Shown here: positions 12,690 through 26,094 of the stretch, piece after piece | Numbering within the stretch: position 1 is the stretch's first letter | Layout of the letters: each line of letters begins with the position of its first letter | Notes under the pieces: model-generated | Told to the model about the DNA's origin: nothing | Seen by the model: the letters and a program-made list of their open reading frames with translations, nothing else | Databases searched by the model: none | Assembly: GCF_030028105.1 (NCBI RefSeq) | Contig: NC_092395.1 | Location: 43,428,459 to 43,492,458, forward strand | Length of the DNA: 64,000 bases | Reading direction: 5' to 3' | Source of the DNA: Mobula birostris | Lineage: Eukaryota | Program-made: the position numbers and the translations under genes

Positions 12690-13790
12690 TTTTATCAGAC
12701 GTTCATCATGGAAAGGTGCAAAAATAACAGGGTTGTTATCATGGGTGACTTTAACTTCCCTAATATTGATTGGCACCTGATTAGTTCTAAGGGTTTAGAT
12801 GGGGCAGAGTTTGTTAAGTGTGTCCAGGACGGATTCCTGTCACAGTATGTGGACAGGCCTACCAGGGAGAATGCCATACTAGATCTAGTACTAGGTAATG
12901 AACCGGGTCAAGTCACAGATCTCTCCGTGGGTGAGCATCTTGGGGACAGTGACCACCGCTCCCTGGCCTTTAGCATTATCATGGAAAAGGATAGAATCAG
13001 AGAGGACAGGAAAATTTTTAATTGGGGAAAGACAAATTATGAGACTATAAGGCTAGAACTTGCAGGTGTGAATTGGGATGATGTTTTTGCTGGGAAATGT
13101 ACTATGGACATGTGGTCGATGTTTAGAGATCTCTTGCGGGATGTTAGGGATAAATTTGTCCCAGTGAGGAAGATAAAGAATGGTAGGGTGAAGGAACCAT
13201 TGGTGACAAGTGAGGTGGAAAATCTAGTCAAGTGGAAGAAGGCAGCATACATGAGGTTTAGGAAGCAAGGATCAGATGGGTCTATTGAGGAATATAGGGA
13301 AGCAAGAAAGGAGCTTAAGAAGGGGCTGAGAAGAGCAAGAAGGGGGCATGAGAAGGCCTTGGCAAGTAGGGTAAAGGAAAACCTCAAGGCATTCTTCAGT
13401 TATGTGAAGAAAAAAAGGATGACAGGAGGGAAGATAGGACCGATTTAGAGATAAAGGTGGGAAGATGTGCCTGGAGGCTGTGGAAGTGAGCGAGGTCCTC
13501 AATGAATACTTCTCTTCGGTATTCACCAATGAGAGGGAACTTGATGATGGTGAGAACATTATGAGTGAGGTTGATGTTCTGGAGCATGTTGATATTAAGG
13601 GAGAGGAGCTGTTGGAGTTGTTAAAATACATTAGGACAGATAAGTCCCCGGGGCCTGACGGAATATTCCCCAGGCTGCTCCACGAGGCGAGAGAAGAGAT
13701 TGCTGAGCCTCTGGCTAGGATCTTTATGTCCTCGTTGTCCATGGGAATGGTACTGGAGGATTGGAGGGAGGCGAATGTTGTCCCCTTGTT
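12690..13790 (+). mobile_element. Internal CR1 ORF2 fragment (endonuclease end to RT start), no 3' tail
   Basis: VVIMGDFNFPNIDW...ILDLVL...SDH; KSPGPDGIFPRLL...DWREANVVPLF. Confidence 0.92.
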
Positions 13791-15250
13791 CTGACAGGAA
13801 ATGATCATGTTGAGGTGGTGGAGGTGTGCGTTCATGGGTGTAGGAGTTAGTCATCCTTCGTACTTGGGGAAATTAACTGTTTTTGAATCTAGTGGTCCTG
13901 GTGTGGATGCTACACAGCATCCTCTCAGCTGGGAGTGGGACAGTCAATGTGCAGGGTTGGTCGGATCATCATGACATTACTGACACCATTCTGCTTATGC
14001 GTCCTTGATGGTGGGTCAACTTGCGCCGCTGATGCATTGGGCATACCCATGGTATAGAACTTCCTGTCCACCACAGAGCAGTTTCCTTACCATGCAATGA
14101 GAAAGCTTGTTAGGATGCCCTGTATTGCACATCTGCAGAAGGACATGAGTAAAGATGTGCACAGTCCAGCTCACTTCAGCCTCCTTGGAAGTAGAAGTGT
14201 AGGTGAGCTTTCCCAGTTGTGTAGGATGTCTTCTGGGATGATGAGAGGTGATGCATGATGTGTGGCCAATCTGATGTGTGCGGTGTGAGTTCTCCTGACA
14301 TCAATAACAATCTTCCTTGTCTTGCTGACATTGAGGAACAAGTTAATTGCCTGGAACCAGGCATCAAACTCTTGCACCTCCTCTCTGAAGGCTGTATTAT
14401 CATTGTTGGTGATGAGCCCCACCACTGTTGTGTCATTGGGAAACCTGACAATGTGATTACTTAATGCTTGGCTGTGCAGTGATGTGAGAGCAGAGAGTTT
14501 AACAATGGGGTGAGCGCAGAGCCCTGGGGGTGGGGATCACCTGTGTTAAGGATCATGGAGAGGGAGGAGCAGTTGTGCATCCTGACTGTCTGAGGTCTGT
14601 TTGTTGGGAAGTCCAACAACCAGTTGCACGGTGGTGGATTTAGGCTGTGGAGTAGGAGTTTGTTCACCAAGGTCCGTGGGACAATCGTGTTGAATGCTGA
14701 ACTGCAATCCAGAAACAGCATTCTGACAGTCCTGCTGGAGGGTCTTGACCTGAAACGTCGACTGTACTCTTTTCGATAGGTGCTGCCTGGCATGCTGAGT
14801 TGCTCCAGCATTTTATGTGTGTTGCCTGGATTTCCAGCAGTTGCAGATTTTCTCTTGTTCTGACACAAGTGCTCCCGTTTTCTCGGTGTACCAGGGCCAG
14901 TTGTATGACAGATGCTATTGCATTCGTCATTCAGTAAACATATTTGTGAGTGTCCAGTGTGGCAGGAATGAGCTTTTAATATGTACCATTACCAGCTGTC
15001 CAAAGCACTTCATGATAATTAGTGTCAGTGACACCGGTCGATGGTCGTTTAGTTCTGAGAGTGTGGAGTACTTTAGTACAGGAATGATATTGGCTGATCT
15101 GAAGCATATGGGACAGCAGCCTGGATGAGTGAAGTGTTGTAGATGTCCGTGAAAAGGTCAGTGAGCTGGTGTGTACATTTCATGAGTCCTCAGCCTGGGA
15201 TGTTGTCTGGCCCGGCTGCCTTAACGGGTTTGAATCTCTTCGGAGTCCTT
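13791..15250 (-). mobile_element. Rex1/Babar LINE, predates the duplication (paralog 60625-62185)
   Basis: [15 protein letters not shown]...NWLLDF.TNRPQ.VR; VGLITNND.TAFREEV. Confidence 0.85.
14729..14857 (+). mobile_element. Short Penelope-terminus insertion, 8-bp TSD TTCTGACA
   Basis: TSD 14721-14728/14858-14865; empty site in paralog near 61780; matches the PLE end at 56630-56760. Confidence 0.8.
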
Positions 15251-15479
15251 GTGATTATACAAACATGAAAGCAAGTGTAAGAAAAACTAACACTAGAAAA
15301 AGAGAATAAAAGCAATAATTTGGGCTCCAATTAACACAGCTCAGTCAGAATCAGAATCAGGTTTATTTTCACTGACAGATCCAATACCCTTCCCTTGTGA
15401 CTCTGTTTTGTAAAATAAAATCATTTAAAATCTGAGGACAATAACATGCAAGGTCGGACATTATTAGCAGTTCTTCATG

Positions 15480-15930
15480 GGATAAACTGTCGAAAACATT
15501 GATGGTAACAAAACAAATGATGGCGACGAGGAGGTGTACAGGAGCGAGATAGATCAGCTGGTTGAATTGTATTGCAACAACAACCTTGCACTTAACATCA
15601 GTAGGAACAATGAACCGGTTGTGAACTTCAGGAAGGGGAAGTTGAAGGAACACACACCAGTCCTCATTGAAGGATCAGCATTGGGAAGTGTGTGCAGTTT
15701 CATTCAAAAGGCGATGACTCAAACAGACAGTATCCAACATTCAGGTCCCATCATTCAGGACATGTCCTCTACCTAATGCTGCCATCAAGGAGGAGGTACA
15801 GGAGCCTGAAGACACACACCCAATGTTCCAGGAACAGCTTCTTCCCCTCTGCCATCATATTTTTGAATGGACAATGAATCCATGAATAGTGCAACAGTAT
15901 TTTTCCTTCTCTTTTTCACTACTTGTTTAA
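15480..15930 (+). mobile_element. Rex1/Babar 3' fragments
   Basis: YRSEIDQLVE.C.NNNLALNISR..E.VV.FRK; LPSRRRYRSLKTHTQCSRNSFFPSAI. Confidence 0.75.
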
Positions 15931-16019
15931 CTTAATCTTAATAATTCTTCCTGTCCCCTAATGGGTGGTGTAGTTGTGTATATTTCCCTCAATCTTGAGG
16001 CCTGGGAGTTTGAGGGTTA

Positions 16020-17530
16020 GCGTAGATATGGGAACAGGTCGAAGAGTGGAGTGACCGTCAGCCTCCACCTGCAGATGGATGACCTCAAGCAGTATGCCAG
16101 AATTGAAAGAGATATTGATTTACTAATCCACCTGACAAGGGTGTACGGCAGAGACATTGAGATGTCATTTGAACTGGAAAAGTGCAGCTGGATGGTGGTG
16201 AAAAGAGGGAAACTCATCAATACTGAAGGAATTGAGTTACCTGAAGGCAACAGATCAGATGTTCAGGACAGCTACAAATACCTGGATATCCTGCAGACAC
16301 ATGGAAGTCACAATGAGGACACAAGGAAGGCTGCAACATCCAAGTACCTCCAAAGAGTGAGACAGTTCCGAAAGAGCCAGCTGATTGGGAAGAACATGAT
16401 CAGAGTCATCAACACATTCGCCCTGCCAGTTATCAGATACCCAGCAGCAATAATGTGCTGGCCAAGGAACAAGCTGGAAGCCAGTGACATCAAGACCCAG
16501 AAACAACTAACAATACATGGAGGTTTTCACCAAAAGTCCAATATTGAGCACCAGCACACCTGCTGAAATAAAGGAGGATGAGATCTTGGAAGTGTCGAAG
16601 CCTCAATCCTGGAAGAAATATGAAACATCAGTGAGTATGTCAGGAAGATGGCCCTTAAGGATGACCTGCTTAGAGAATACCTAAGGCAGCAGGCTGGGGA
16701 CATGGGTGAAGAAGAACCAGAGGACCAGTGGCCATGGCAGGACAAGTTGCTGCACAGGACATACCATCTCCAGATATCAGTGGTAACTGACAAAAGAAAG
16801 TCCTACCAATGGCTGGAAATGGCAGGGCTGACCCAGCACAGAGGTGCTGCTCATGGCTGCACAAGAACAGGCTCTGAGCACAAGAGCAATAGAAGCAGGG
16901 CCTATTAAACCAAACAAGACTCAAGATGCAGACTGTGGAAGGAATCCTCTGAAACCATCCAGCACATAGTAGCAGAGTGTAAGATGCAGACAGGGACAGC
17001 ATACACAGTCAAGTTGCAGGAATTGTGTACAGGAACATCTGCACTGAGAATAGATTGGACACCCGCAAGATCAAATGAGGAGCACCTGAGAAGATAGTGG
17101 AGAATGACAGAGCTAAGATCCTGTGGGACTTCCAAATATAGACTGATCAGCAGGAACTGGCCAAGCAACCAGACATGGTAATACAGAACAAGAAACAGGA
17201 GAAAACAATGCTAATAGATGGGGCACTCCCAATTGATAGTAACATTAGGAAGAAAGGAGATGAGAAGCTGCAGAAATACCAGGGCTTGAAAGAGTAGATA
17301 CAAAGAACATGGAAGATTAAAGCCAGAGTAATTCCACTGGTGATAGGTGCACTTGGAACTGTGACACTGGACTGGGAGAGTGGCTCCAACCAATGCCAAG
17401 AACAACATCTGATATGTCTGTCCAGAAGAGTGCACGACTAGGGATGGCAAGGATACTGTGCCAAACCCTCAAGCCCCCAGGCCTCTCGTAGACGACCCAA
17501 GATTGAGGAAGAAATACACATACACACCAC
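16020..17530 (+). mobile_element. R4-clade (Rex6/Dong-like) RLE LINE, degenerate
   Basis: MDDLKQYAR.ERDID.LIHLTR...SF.LEKC...YKYL...INTFALPVIRYPA; CRLWKESSETIQHIV; KILWDFQI.TD...NQ-D, IDGALP (PD..D-type region). Confidence 0.8.
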
Positions 17531-18499
17531 CCATAGCAGGTGAGAAAACATATGTGCCCCTTATTGAAATTTATCACTTAATTATTATGGAATGTAACGT
17601 AGTGTTGCTGCAAACCACCCAATTTCATAACGTATGCCAGTGATATTAAATATGATCCTGATTCTGAAACATTCCCCTTAAAGAAAATACTGCCACAAAA
17701 TGTTGAACATGGAACCTTGCTGTAAGTATAAGTAAACACTTCAGTTATTGTTTAGACAATATTACTGTTTGTTTCCAGTATTTCAACCAGAAATTATCCT
17801 ACTTCACTCTATAGAGTCTGATATTTCAGGAGTACAACAGCACTAATACAATCTGACAGTTGGTTATCAACTTGTTATCAACGGACTGTAGAATATTAAG
17901 ACCCGAAATTCTAGTCATTGATAAAACTGAACCAAGATTTTCTGATCCTTGGAATGAAAATACTACTTTGAAAGCCAGCTGCACTCATTTCAATATAAAA
18001 GGTTTGACTGGGTGAGGCAAGGCTGCTGCGAGTTTGTCCTGCAGCAGTTTACACTGGGAATGGAGGAGGCCTGGAATGCAACACAGTGAGAAAGTATTCC
18101 ATGGGAAATTGGATATTATTGTTAATGTGGGAGAAACAAACTATTTTAAAGAACAATTCTATAAATAAAAATTGCTTCACAATAAAAAAAAACATCTTTG
18201 GTGCAGCTTAGAGCAGCTGCTGCCTGGGTATGAAAACAACAAACATCTGTGGCCACAGCAGGATATGAGCTGTTATTTTAAGGAGAGGGACAGCCCAGAA
18301 TGCTTACATTTGCCATTTCTACTAAATATCACAGTTTCTGTTCTACCTGATATTATTTTAAGTATCTGTGAAGCACTTGACCTTTAAAGAGACATTATCT
18401 CCGGTTCTCCCCTTGAGTTATGGCAGTGAAAACAAGAATTCCTTCAGAAATTGTGCCATGTTGGTTGTCAGATTAACTCCACTCATCAGATTTATTCAC

Positions 18500-19925
18500 T
18501 GAATTCCAGGGGAAGAAAATGTTAGTGAGGTCGATAGTTTAACTGTGCGACAGTCAGTAAACCCCCATTATAGAAATGAAGGGAGTTGTAGAATATGGCT
18601 TCCATTAACTGCTCTCTACTTTCCAACAACCTATTGATCACATCTACCAGTACGATCATTGACAGAAGAATCTTCCATATGTGGATTGGTGAGGTTGAGG
18701 TCAAGTATGTTTCTCTCTGCTGTTGTTCATTCATTTTCTGCTGCAGGCTCTCACTTGAAGCTCTGTCCTTCAGGACTTGACCAACTCAGTCTGTGTTCGT
18801 GGAACCCAACCACTCTTGGTGACCACCATAGAAGTCCCAGTAAACATTCTGTGTTCTTGCTTCTATTAGTACTTATTCTGTGTTGCTCAACATAGGGAAC
18901 ATCGATTCATCCATGGAGGGAGGCCAGGAGATAGTAATCAGGAGGAGGCCTCCGTGTCCATGTTTCTCTTGACGTTATGAGACTTCAGTGTGTCTTGATT
19001 CAATGCTCAAGGCACCAAGGGCTCCTCTCCCCTGCTGGTACACAACTGTGCCCTCACCTCTAATGAGTATTTTAGGACAAGACACACCCAGGATGGTGAG
19101 TTTGAAATTGCCATTTTGTCTCTCCTGCTCCTGTGTATTTCTGGAGCCACGCTTTGCACAATGTAATGTCAAGCAACCCAGAACCAGGACATCTCTACAG
19201 GATGATGGATTTCCAGCATCTGCAGCATCTCTTGTGTTGATCATCATTGCAGAAGTTCCTCTGGGAAGTATACTCATCCCAACTGCTTCATCAGTGACCT
19301 TCCTCCCATCATAAAGTCAGCAGTGGGGTGTTCACAGACATTTGTAGAATGTTCAGTTCCACTTGTAACCCCTCAGCTAATGCTTCAGTCCCAGCCTGTA
19401 TACCATCCAGACGTCGACAACATTTAGTCATGGGCTGATCAGTGACAACTGATATTTGCACCCATAGTGTCAGGCAATGACTATCTCCAAGAACAGAGAA
19501 TCTAACTCCTTAGGATTGACATTCAATAACATTAACATTGATAGATCCTCTACCATAAATATCCCAAGAGTTCACGTTTTCTGGAAAATTATGTGGACTA
19601 TTGAAATAAATACCATTGTCCCAGGATTGGCTCAAAGGCTGGATATTCTGTAGTGGGTAACTCACTTCTTGCCATCACAAGATATTTACATTTTTTTATA
19701 TTCAGTAGGTAGAGGTTTGATGGAATATTTTCCGCTTACTTGGATGAGTGCAATCCCAACGATTCTCAAGAATCTCTGCATCACCCTGTATGACTAGTGA
19801 CTAGTACCTCCAAAATTAACTGAAGTATTCATTCTCTCCACCTCTTCCCAGAGTAGCAGAGTAGCAGTACAAGGTGTACCTCAGTTATTCATTCACCTCT
19901 CAAACACCAGCTAGACCACCTAGAG
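18500..19925. mobile_element. Old CR1/L2-group LINE: endonuclease part inverted (18500-19190, minus), RT/3' part plus (19240-19925), 3' end resumes 22134-22380
   Basis: CFISDLPPIIKSAVG-F-D (RT region); split by the hAT element. Confidence 0.55.
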
Positions 19926-22133
19926 CAGTGTTTTGCAATCACTTTTAGCCCAACGCCCCCCTTTAAGCACCTTCATACTTGCCAACACTGCTCTTAGGCA
20001 CAATGTACTTTCTGGCACCCCCATGGTTTAAAAACATGTCTATCATATGCTGACATGGGAAAATCGATTCTGCTTTAAATTCTTATTTTTCTTTAATCCT
20101 AACTTACACAGTACCTGTACACTGTACAGCAGCTTCGATATCAATGTGATCCTTGAGCTTGATGGTTTTTAGCAAGAGTTGAAATATCTGTTTCAAGTTG
20201 TGACAGCAAAAGCTTCACATCCCCACATGTAACAACGTCCAAGCAGCTTCAGTTTTCTTTTTGTGAGTATGTGGTTCACTGCACTGAAACCACTTTCAAC
20301 AAGGTAGAAGCATGGAGGTGCAATGAAGAGCAGTCCGGTTCTTCTCCAAAGACCAGGGAACTTCGTATGACAGTGTAGCCACATATAACAAAAGCCAACA
20401 TTTTAAAAAAAATATTTTTGCTTCTTCATCATTCTGAATTTTGTTCATTTCTTTTTGCAAGCTCTCTTCCTGTTCATCCACCTTGCAAAGAAATGGGTTA
20501 ATGACCCAGTCTGGAATTTAAAGATTGTTCAAATCCTTGAATCGATTCTGAAAATCCTTCTTCAGTGACTGCAGGTATAAGCAGTACTCTTTTGAATCAT
20601 AGTCTGTGAAAGAGAGTGCCATACTATCCATGCAGGGAAATTGCGTAAATATTCTTCTTCCAGTGTTTTGCTTACATGTATATTTCCAATTTTCTGATAA
20701 AAGTAGCTCAGTACTTTTTGCCTGGATTAAATTAATATTCTCACTCTGCAGTTTGCAGTTTCATATTTGGAATGCTCATTTTGTCATACAGATTGCCTCG
20801 GTATGCCACATCTCCATGTAGAAGTTTAATCTTGTTTCCTAAGTTCTTGTCAACTTTGAGCAAAAATTCAACCACAGTGTCAAAAAGATTGAAGAAACAT
20901 TTTAAGCAGCAGCCTTTTGACAGCCATCTGTCATATATGGTGCTCCATCTGTTGCACAAGAACTCATGGTCCTAATCAGAATACTTTTATCCTCAATATG
21001 CATTTTGATCTCATCTTAGATTGATTTTCTGTTGTTTTTTGTTTTTATCTTTTCACAATAGAGAATCTCTTCATAAACCTTTCCATTTTTGATAGACCGT
21101 AAATATGCCATTAGCAATGCCTCATAGTTTTGCACAGTTGGCTCATCCAATTGTATCCCAAATTCAGTTTCTTATAGCACTGTGCATAGTCGATATCAAT
21201 GTCTTCACTCATTTCGTCAACACAACTAGCTACAGAATTATTACTCAGAGGAACAGATTTTAAAATACTGCTGTCTGTTTTGAGATCAGTGGTGAGCACT
21301 TCTGATACAGCAGGCATTATTAAATTTCCACTAATAGGATGAGATTTTTCACATTTTGCTATCATTTTAGAAATACTGGAAGAAGCCACGAGACCACTAT
21401 CAAGGTCATCTTTAAATTTCCTGACAGATGACTCCAGTCAAACACTTCTTTCACTTTGTGGAACTGGGTAATTCCATAATTAGCTTTTTCATGGCGTTGT
21501 TTATGGAAGTTTTCCTGCAAACTCGATAGTTTCGTGGCTTCATTAGATACCACAGTATTACAAATAGACACATGAAGCATTGCTGATCTGATGGGAATGG
21601 AATTAAACCAGACTCCAGGTATGTAACATTGCATTGTTGCACTTTCTGTTGTTTCTGTTTCTTAGCAGGATTAGAATTGAAGGCTTCATTGCCTTCAGAC
21701 TTGTAGAGATCATGTGGTACATATTTATCCATCATAAACAGAGCTAAATTAAAATAAAAAAATTAACACAAACTGGGAATGCCTCTCGCATGTTGATGAT
21801 GGCAGTGAGTTGGCATGGGTAGAATGATGGTAGTCGCACACAAAGGAGTGAAGAGGTGAAGATGAAGATGATCAGAAAAGTGAAAATTACATTAACAAGG
21901 AATCAGATTAGAATCTGAATGGTAGGCAGGATGGAGGTAGTGTTGGCAAGCAATTAGACTATTCAAGTTAGCGCAATTGACCAATCACATAAGGTCTCAT
22001 AATTATAGTGCCATGAAAGGGTGCCGCTTACCGCCGCCCCCCCACCCCCAAGGATCTTGAATGCATCCCGGTATACTTCTTTTTCTCCTAATGCCCCCTT
22101 AGGACACGTAACTGCCCCCATTGGGAGTCACTG
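19926..22133 (-). mobile_element. hAT Charlie/Buster-type DNA transposon fossil
   Basis: CAGTG...CACTG ends, degenerate 8-bp TSD acctagag/gtttagag; IAKCEKSHPISGNLIMPAVSEV...VPLSNNSV..VDEMSEDI; RWLSKG.CL..FF; YLVESGFSAV. Confidence 0.85.
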
Positions 22134-22579
22134 GTTTAGAGGATCAAGTAGATGCAGACAAGCGCCACCAGCTGCGATAGCTCCTCCAACTCGCAAACCA
22201 TCAAGATCTAGAAATGCATCACTGATCCACCACTGAGGTTCAGGAATATTCTCTCTGATATCACTGTCAGAATACCTTCCCCAGTTCAGCAACAGTATAA
22301 CTGTACAGTTCACCACCATCGTTCACAGGATGAGCAAAGGATACTGGACCTGCCAGTGATGCCCAGATTCTAGCAATGAATTTTTAAAATTGAGAAATCA
22401 ATGTACACCCATTCGTACATTTACTGAATCACAGTTTAATTCAGTTATAGAAATTAGTCATAAGAGCCAGATTCTTGCAGATTGGTTTGTATGAAAAAAT
22501 GGAAGGAGGCAGGTTTTAAGATCAGACATCTTCTTTCCTCCAACTGATGAGATCAAAAGTTCAACCACTTCCTGAATTG

Positions 22580-23760
22580 GATTTTGAACTGGAATTGGTT
22601 TACTATTGTCACATGCACTGAGGTACCATTGTACAGCACATTGAATTAGTACAAGGAAATACAATAATGGAATTCACAGTAAAGTGTAGCAACTGTAGAG
22701 AAAATGCAGAACAGGTAGACAGTAAGCGCAATCAGAATGAGGTGGATTGCAAAGTCAAGGATCTTTCTTATCGTACTAGAGGATCCTTCAATAGTCTTAT
22801 AAAAACAAGTAGAAGATATTCTCGAGCCTGCTGGTACATGCTTTCAAACTTTTTCTGATTAGCCTGATGAGAAAGGAGTTAAGAGGTAATGTCCAAGGTG
22901 GAAAGGGTCTTTGATTATGCTGGTTGCTTTAATGAGGCAGCAAGAAATATAGACAGGGTCCATGGAGGAGAGGATGGTTTTCTTGATGTGCTGAGATGTA
23001 TGTACAACTGTCTCAGTACTATTGATACGGACAGGATCATATGCCAACGATCTGGTCAATTCCTGAAGTAACTGACTAGATCATTTGTTTGGTTGACATT
23101 GAGGGAAAGGGTGTTGTCATAACACCATGTTACTGAGCTCTCTGTCATCTTCTTGTATTCTGGCTCATTGTTCTTTGAGTTATGGCCCACCAATGTGTTG
23201 GAGCAAAGTTGGGCTGTGCAGTATTGACTGCAGATGAATATCATTTCCAGGTTGAATATGTCATATATATTTTGATAAATAATTTATTTTGAACTTTGAA
23301 CTTTGTACAGGGAGTAGAGTAGTGGCTGACTACAAAATCTTGTGGAACACCAGTGTGGAAAATACTTTTGGCAGTGGTAGTGCTGCCTAGCTTTACTGAT
23401 TGGGATCTCTTGGTCAGGAAGTCAAACTTCCTGTTGAAAAAGGAGGTCTTGGATCTTTGAGATGAATTTGCCTGGGATGACAATATTGAAGCCGGGGCTG
23501 TAGTCAATAAACAATAGACTAACATAGGTGTCTTTACTGTCCAGATGCTGCAGAGTTGGCTGTAGAGTCAGGGAGATGATGTCCACCATGGACGAATTGC
23601 AGCGGGCTGAGGTTGACTGGGATGATGAAGTTATTGAGTGCCCTGACCCGCCTCTCAAAATGTTGAAGTCTGGATGATTGCCATGTTGGAGAAAGGATCA
23701 GTGTGTGATGTGTCAGCCGAGGGACTTTGGCACAGACCACAAAGCTTAAAATGAGGCAAA
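22580..23760 (-). mobile_element. Rex1/Babar fragments
   Basis: YVSLLFIDYSPGFNIVIPGKFISK..DL; WCYDNTLSLNVNQT. Confidence 0.7.
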
Positions 23761-24569
23761 GGCACTTAAGAAGTGGTGTGGTATTTTTATTGTGTGGTTC
23801 ATCTGTGTTATTGAATCACCAGCATTAAATTAGAGTGAATAAAATGGTATCTATTTAGGAAGTATTCTCCAGTCTGAATTGAACAAGTCCACCTTTCAAT
23901 CAATAGGAATCGTGGTCTACAGACAATGTTTGACAATACTACAGTGAAGGATTTTGATATCAGGTCTGGTGGGGATTTCTGCATTAAATGCAGAGCAGAA
24001 GCTTTTGCAGTATCATGTCAGCAGACAAAGTCAAGCAAAGTCTCTCATTCAATTTGGTGGTATTTGTTCTAAATGGAAGAATAAAGTATGAGTTTGTCCA
24101 ATTGTACATTACCAAGACCAAGAACGCCCAGGTGGACAATGATACTCCACTGGATTACAAAATAAGTGTGGAAGGGATAAAGTGGCTGGACCATATTTGA
24201 CAGGATTGACTCAAACTAGATACAGGTTCCAAAGTGCTTGTAACAAATGTTGACTGTTCATTCATTTCCTTAGACACTGCCTGATGTGCCGAGTTCCTCC
24301 AGCAATTTGTGAGTGTTGCTCTGTAGGTGAGCATGTTCTCCTATGAGATACCTGCTCATTATATTGATTGAGACCTGTGCCCATTGTCAAGCAAAGTGAG
24401 TGAAATGTTTGGCTGGATCCACTACAAAAAGATTTCTGGAGTTCTGGAAGGGAAAGTCTGTCCGACACAGGGAAGGAAGGACACTGCATGGGGCACTGGA
24501 TCGGCAAGCATGGAGTAAGCTGGAGGTAAATTTCTGGGATGAGTGGGTTGTCTTGTCCTGAGCAGAAAA

Positions 24570-25440
24570 ACAAATTTTAAAAAAGCAAGATGTTGGGGGA
24601 ATTCAGCAGGTAAGGCAGCATCTGTGGAGGGAAATGGACGATAGACGTATTGGGTATGGTCCTTTCATCTAGACTGAATGACAAGAGGGCAGATATCCAG
24701 TATAAAATGGTGAAGGGAAGGGGTGGAACTAGAGGTGGCAAGTGAGAAATGGATCAATGTGAAGGATGGGGGTGACAGATAGATGGAGAAAGGGAAGGTG
24801 GAAATGATGACAAAGATAGGAGGTGATAGACAGAGGAAACAAGGGCTGAAGATGATGGAATCTGATTGGGGAAGTTGGGTAATGGAAACAAGTGAGGAAG
24901 ATGGGGAGGGCAGATGGGAATGGTGAGGGAGGGGAGATGTAGTGGATCAAGTGTATGGGTCATGGGCAGATGTTGTAGGTAGAGTAAAGTACAGAAATTT
25001 AGTGTTAGAAGATAGGGAGAGCTTAGGAAAAATGGCTAGACCAGGAGAGGGGAAAAAAGGAAGAGAGGAGGAATAGTTGACTGGAAATTAGAGAATTCAG
25101 TTCTCATGCCATTAGACTGTAGTTTATCCAGGTGGCACAGAAGGTGATGGTCCTCTATTTTGTGTTTATCTTTTCCATGGAAGAGGACGAGGCTGAGCAC
25201 AGACATGTCAGTGTCCGAACAGGTTTGAAAATTAAATGGATAACAACTGGGTGCCACAGATAGTCATGGCAGACAGAACATGGATGCTCAGGAAAGTGCC
25301 ATGTTTCACCAATGCCGGGGTGGCTACATTGGGAGAACCAGATGCAATAATCTAGGCCGGAGGCTTTGCAACTAATTTTGCATTTGCATGTTTCACCAGG
25401 AACCAGACGCTTGATCTTGAAAGCTACCCCCGTCAGCAAG
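24570..25440 (-). mobile_element. Old Penelope remnant (GIY-YIG tail and terminal repeat)
   Basis: KIEDHHLLCHLDKLQSNGMRTEFSNF resembles 55409-55798; purine-rich spacer. Confidence 0.65.
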
Positions 25441-26094
25441 TCTATCAATTCCCTCTTAGCTCCCACCATTCTCAATATTTATATTCCAAGAAAAAATCAT
25501 CAAGATCTCAGTATGAGAAGACTAAAGTTTTAGGACAGAAAATCTATGAACAAATGAAAATATGATTCAGTAAGTTATCAATTTAGGTCTATGCAGATTT
25601 CTTGAATATTTAAAATACATTCCTGGGATTTGGGCATCACTGTCAAGGCCAATATCAATTACCCATCCCTCATGGAGTGGTGGTGAACCATGGACTGGAC
25701 TCGCTGCCAATCTTCTGAGGAAGGTGCTCTCGCAGTGACACTGCGGAAGGTGTTCCAGCAGGTCAATTGAAAGACTGGTGATACATTCAGGCCAGGATGC
25801 CAGTTTGAGAGGGGGCCTGAGGAGGTGGTAATCTTCTACATCGCCTACGTTTGCCCCTCCTGGAGACCTTGGCCACTGTTTGGGAGGTACAGTCGGAGGA
25901 GCTGAGTATATAACTTGAGATTTCCCACCCTGCAGCCACTGTGGACAGTGGTGGAATGAGTGACTGTTAAGAGGAGTTATTCTGGGAGGTGTGATCAAGA
26001 GGGCTACTGTGTCCAAGATGACACTGAACTTCTTTTGAGTTATTGGGACTGTTGTCAAACCAGTCAGTGAAGAATACTCCATGATTAGATATAA

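Larger units (their letters stand above)
131..15310 (+). repeat. Segmental duplication copy A (paralog of 51665-62240)
   Basis: Collinear blocks by eye, e.g. 251-360~51780-51870, 1790-2070~52170-52430, 3241-3500~54456-54790, 8570-9430~57730-58600, 12060-12690~59280-60620, 13790-15300~60785-62230; a 152-nt sample had 22 mismatches. Confidence 0.9.

Noticed and set aside
24729-24963. Pro/His/Leu-rich ORFs
   Set aside because: Translation of the purine-rich PLE spacer.
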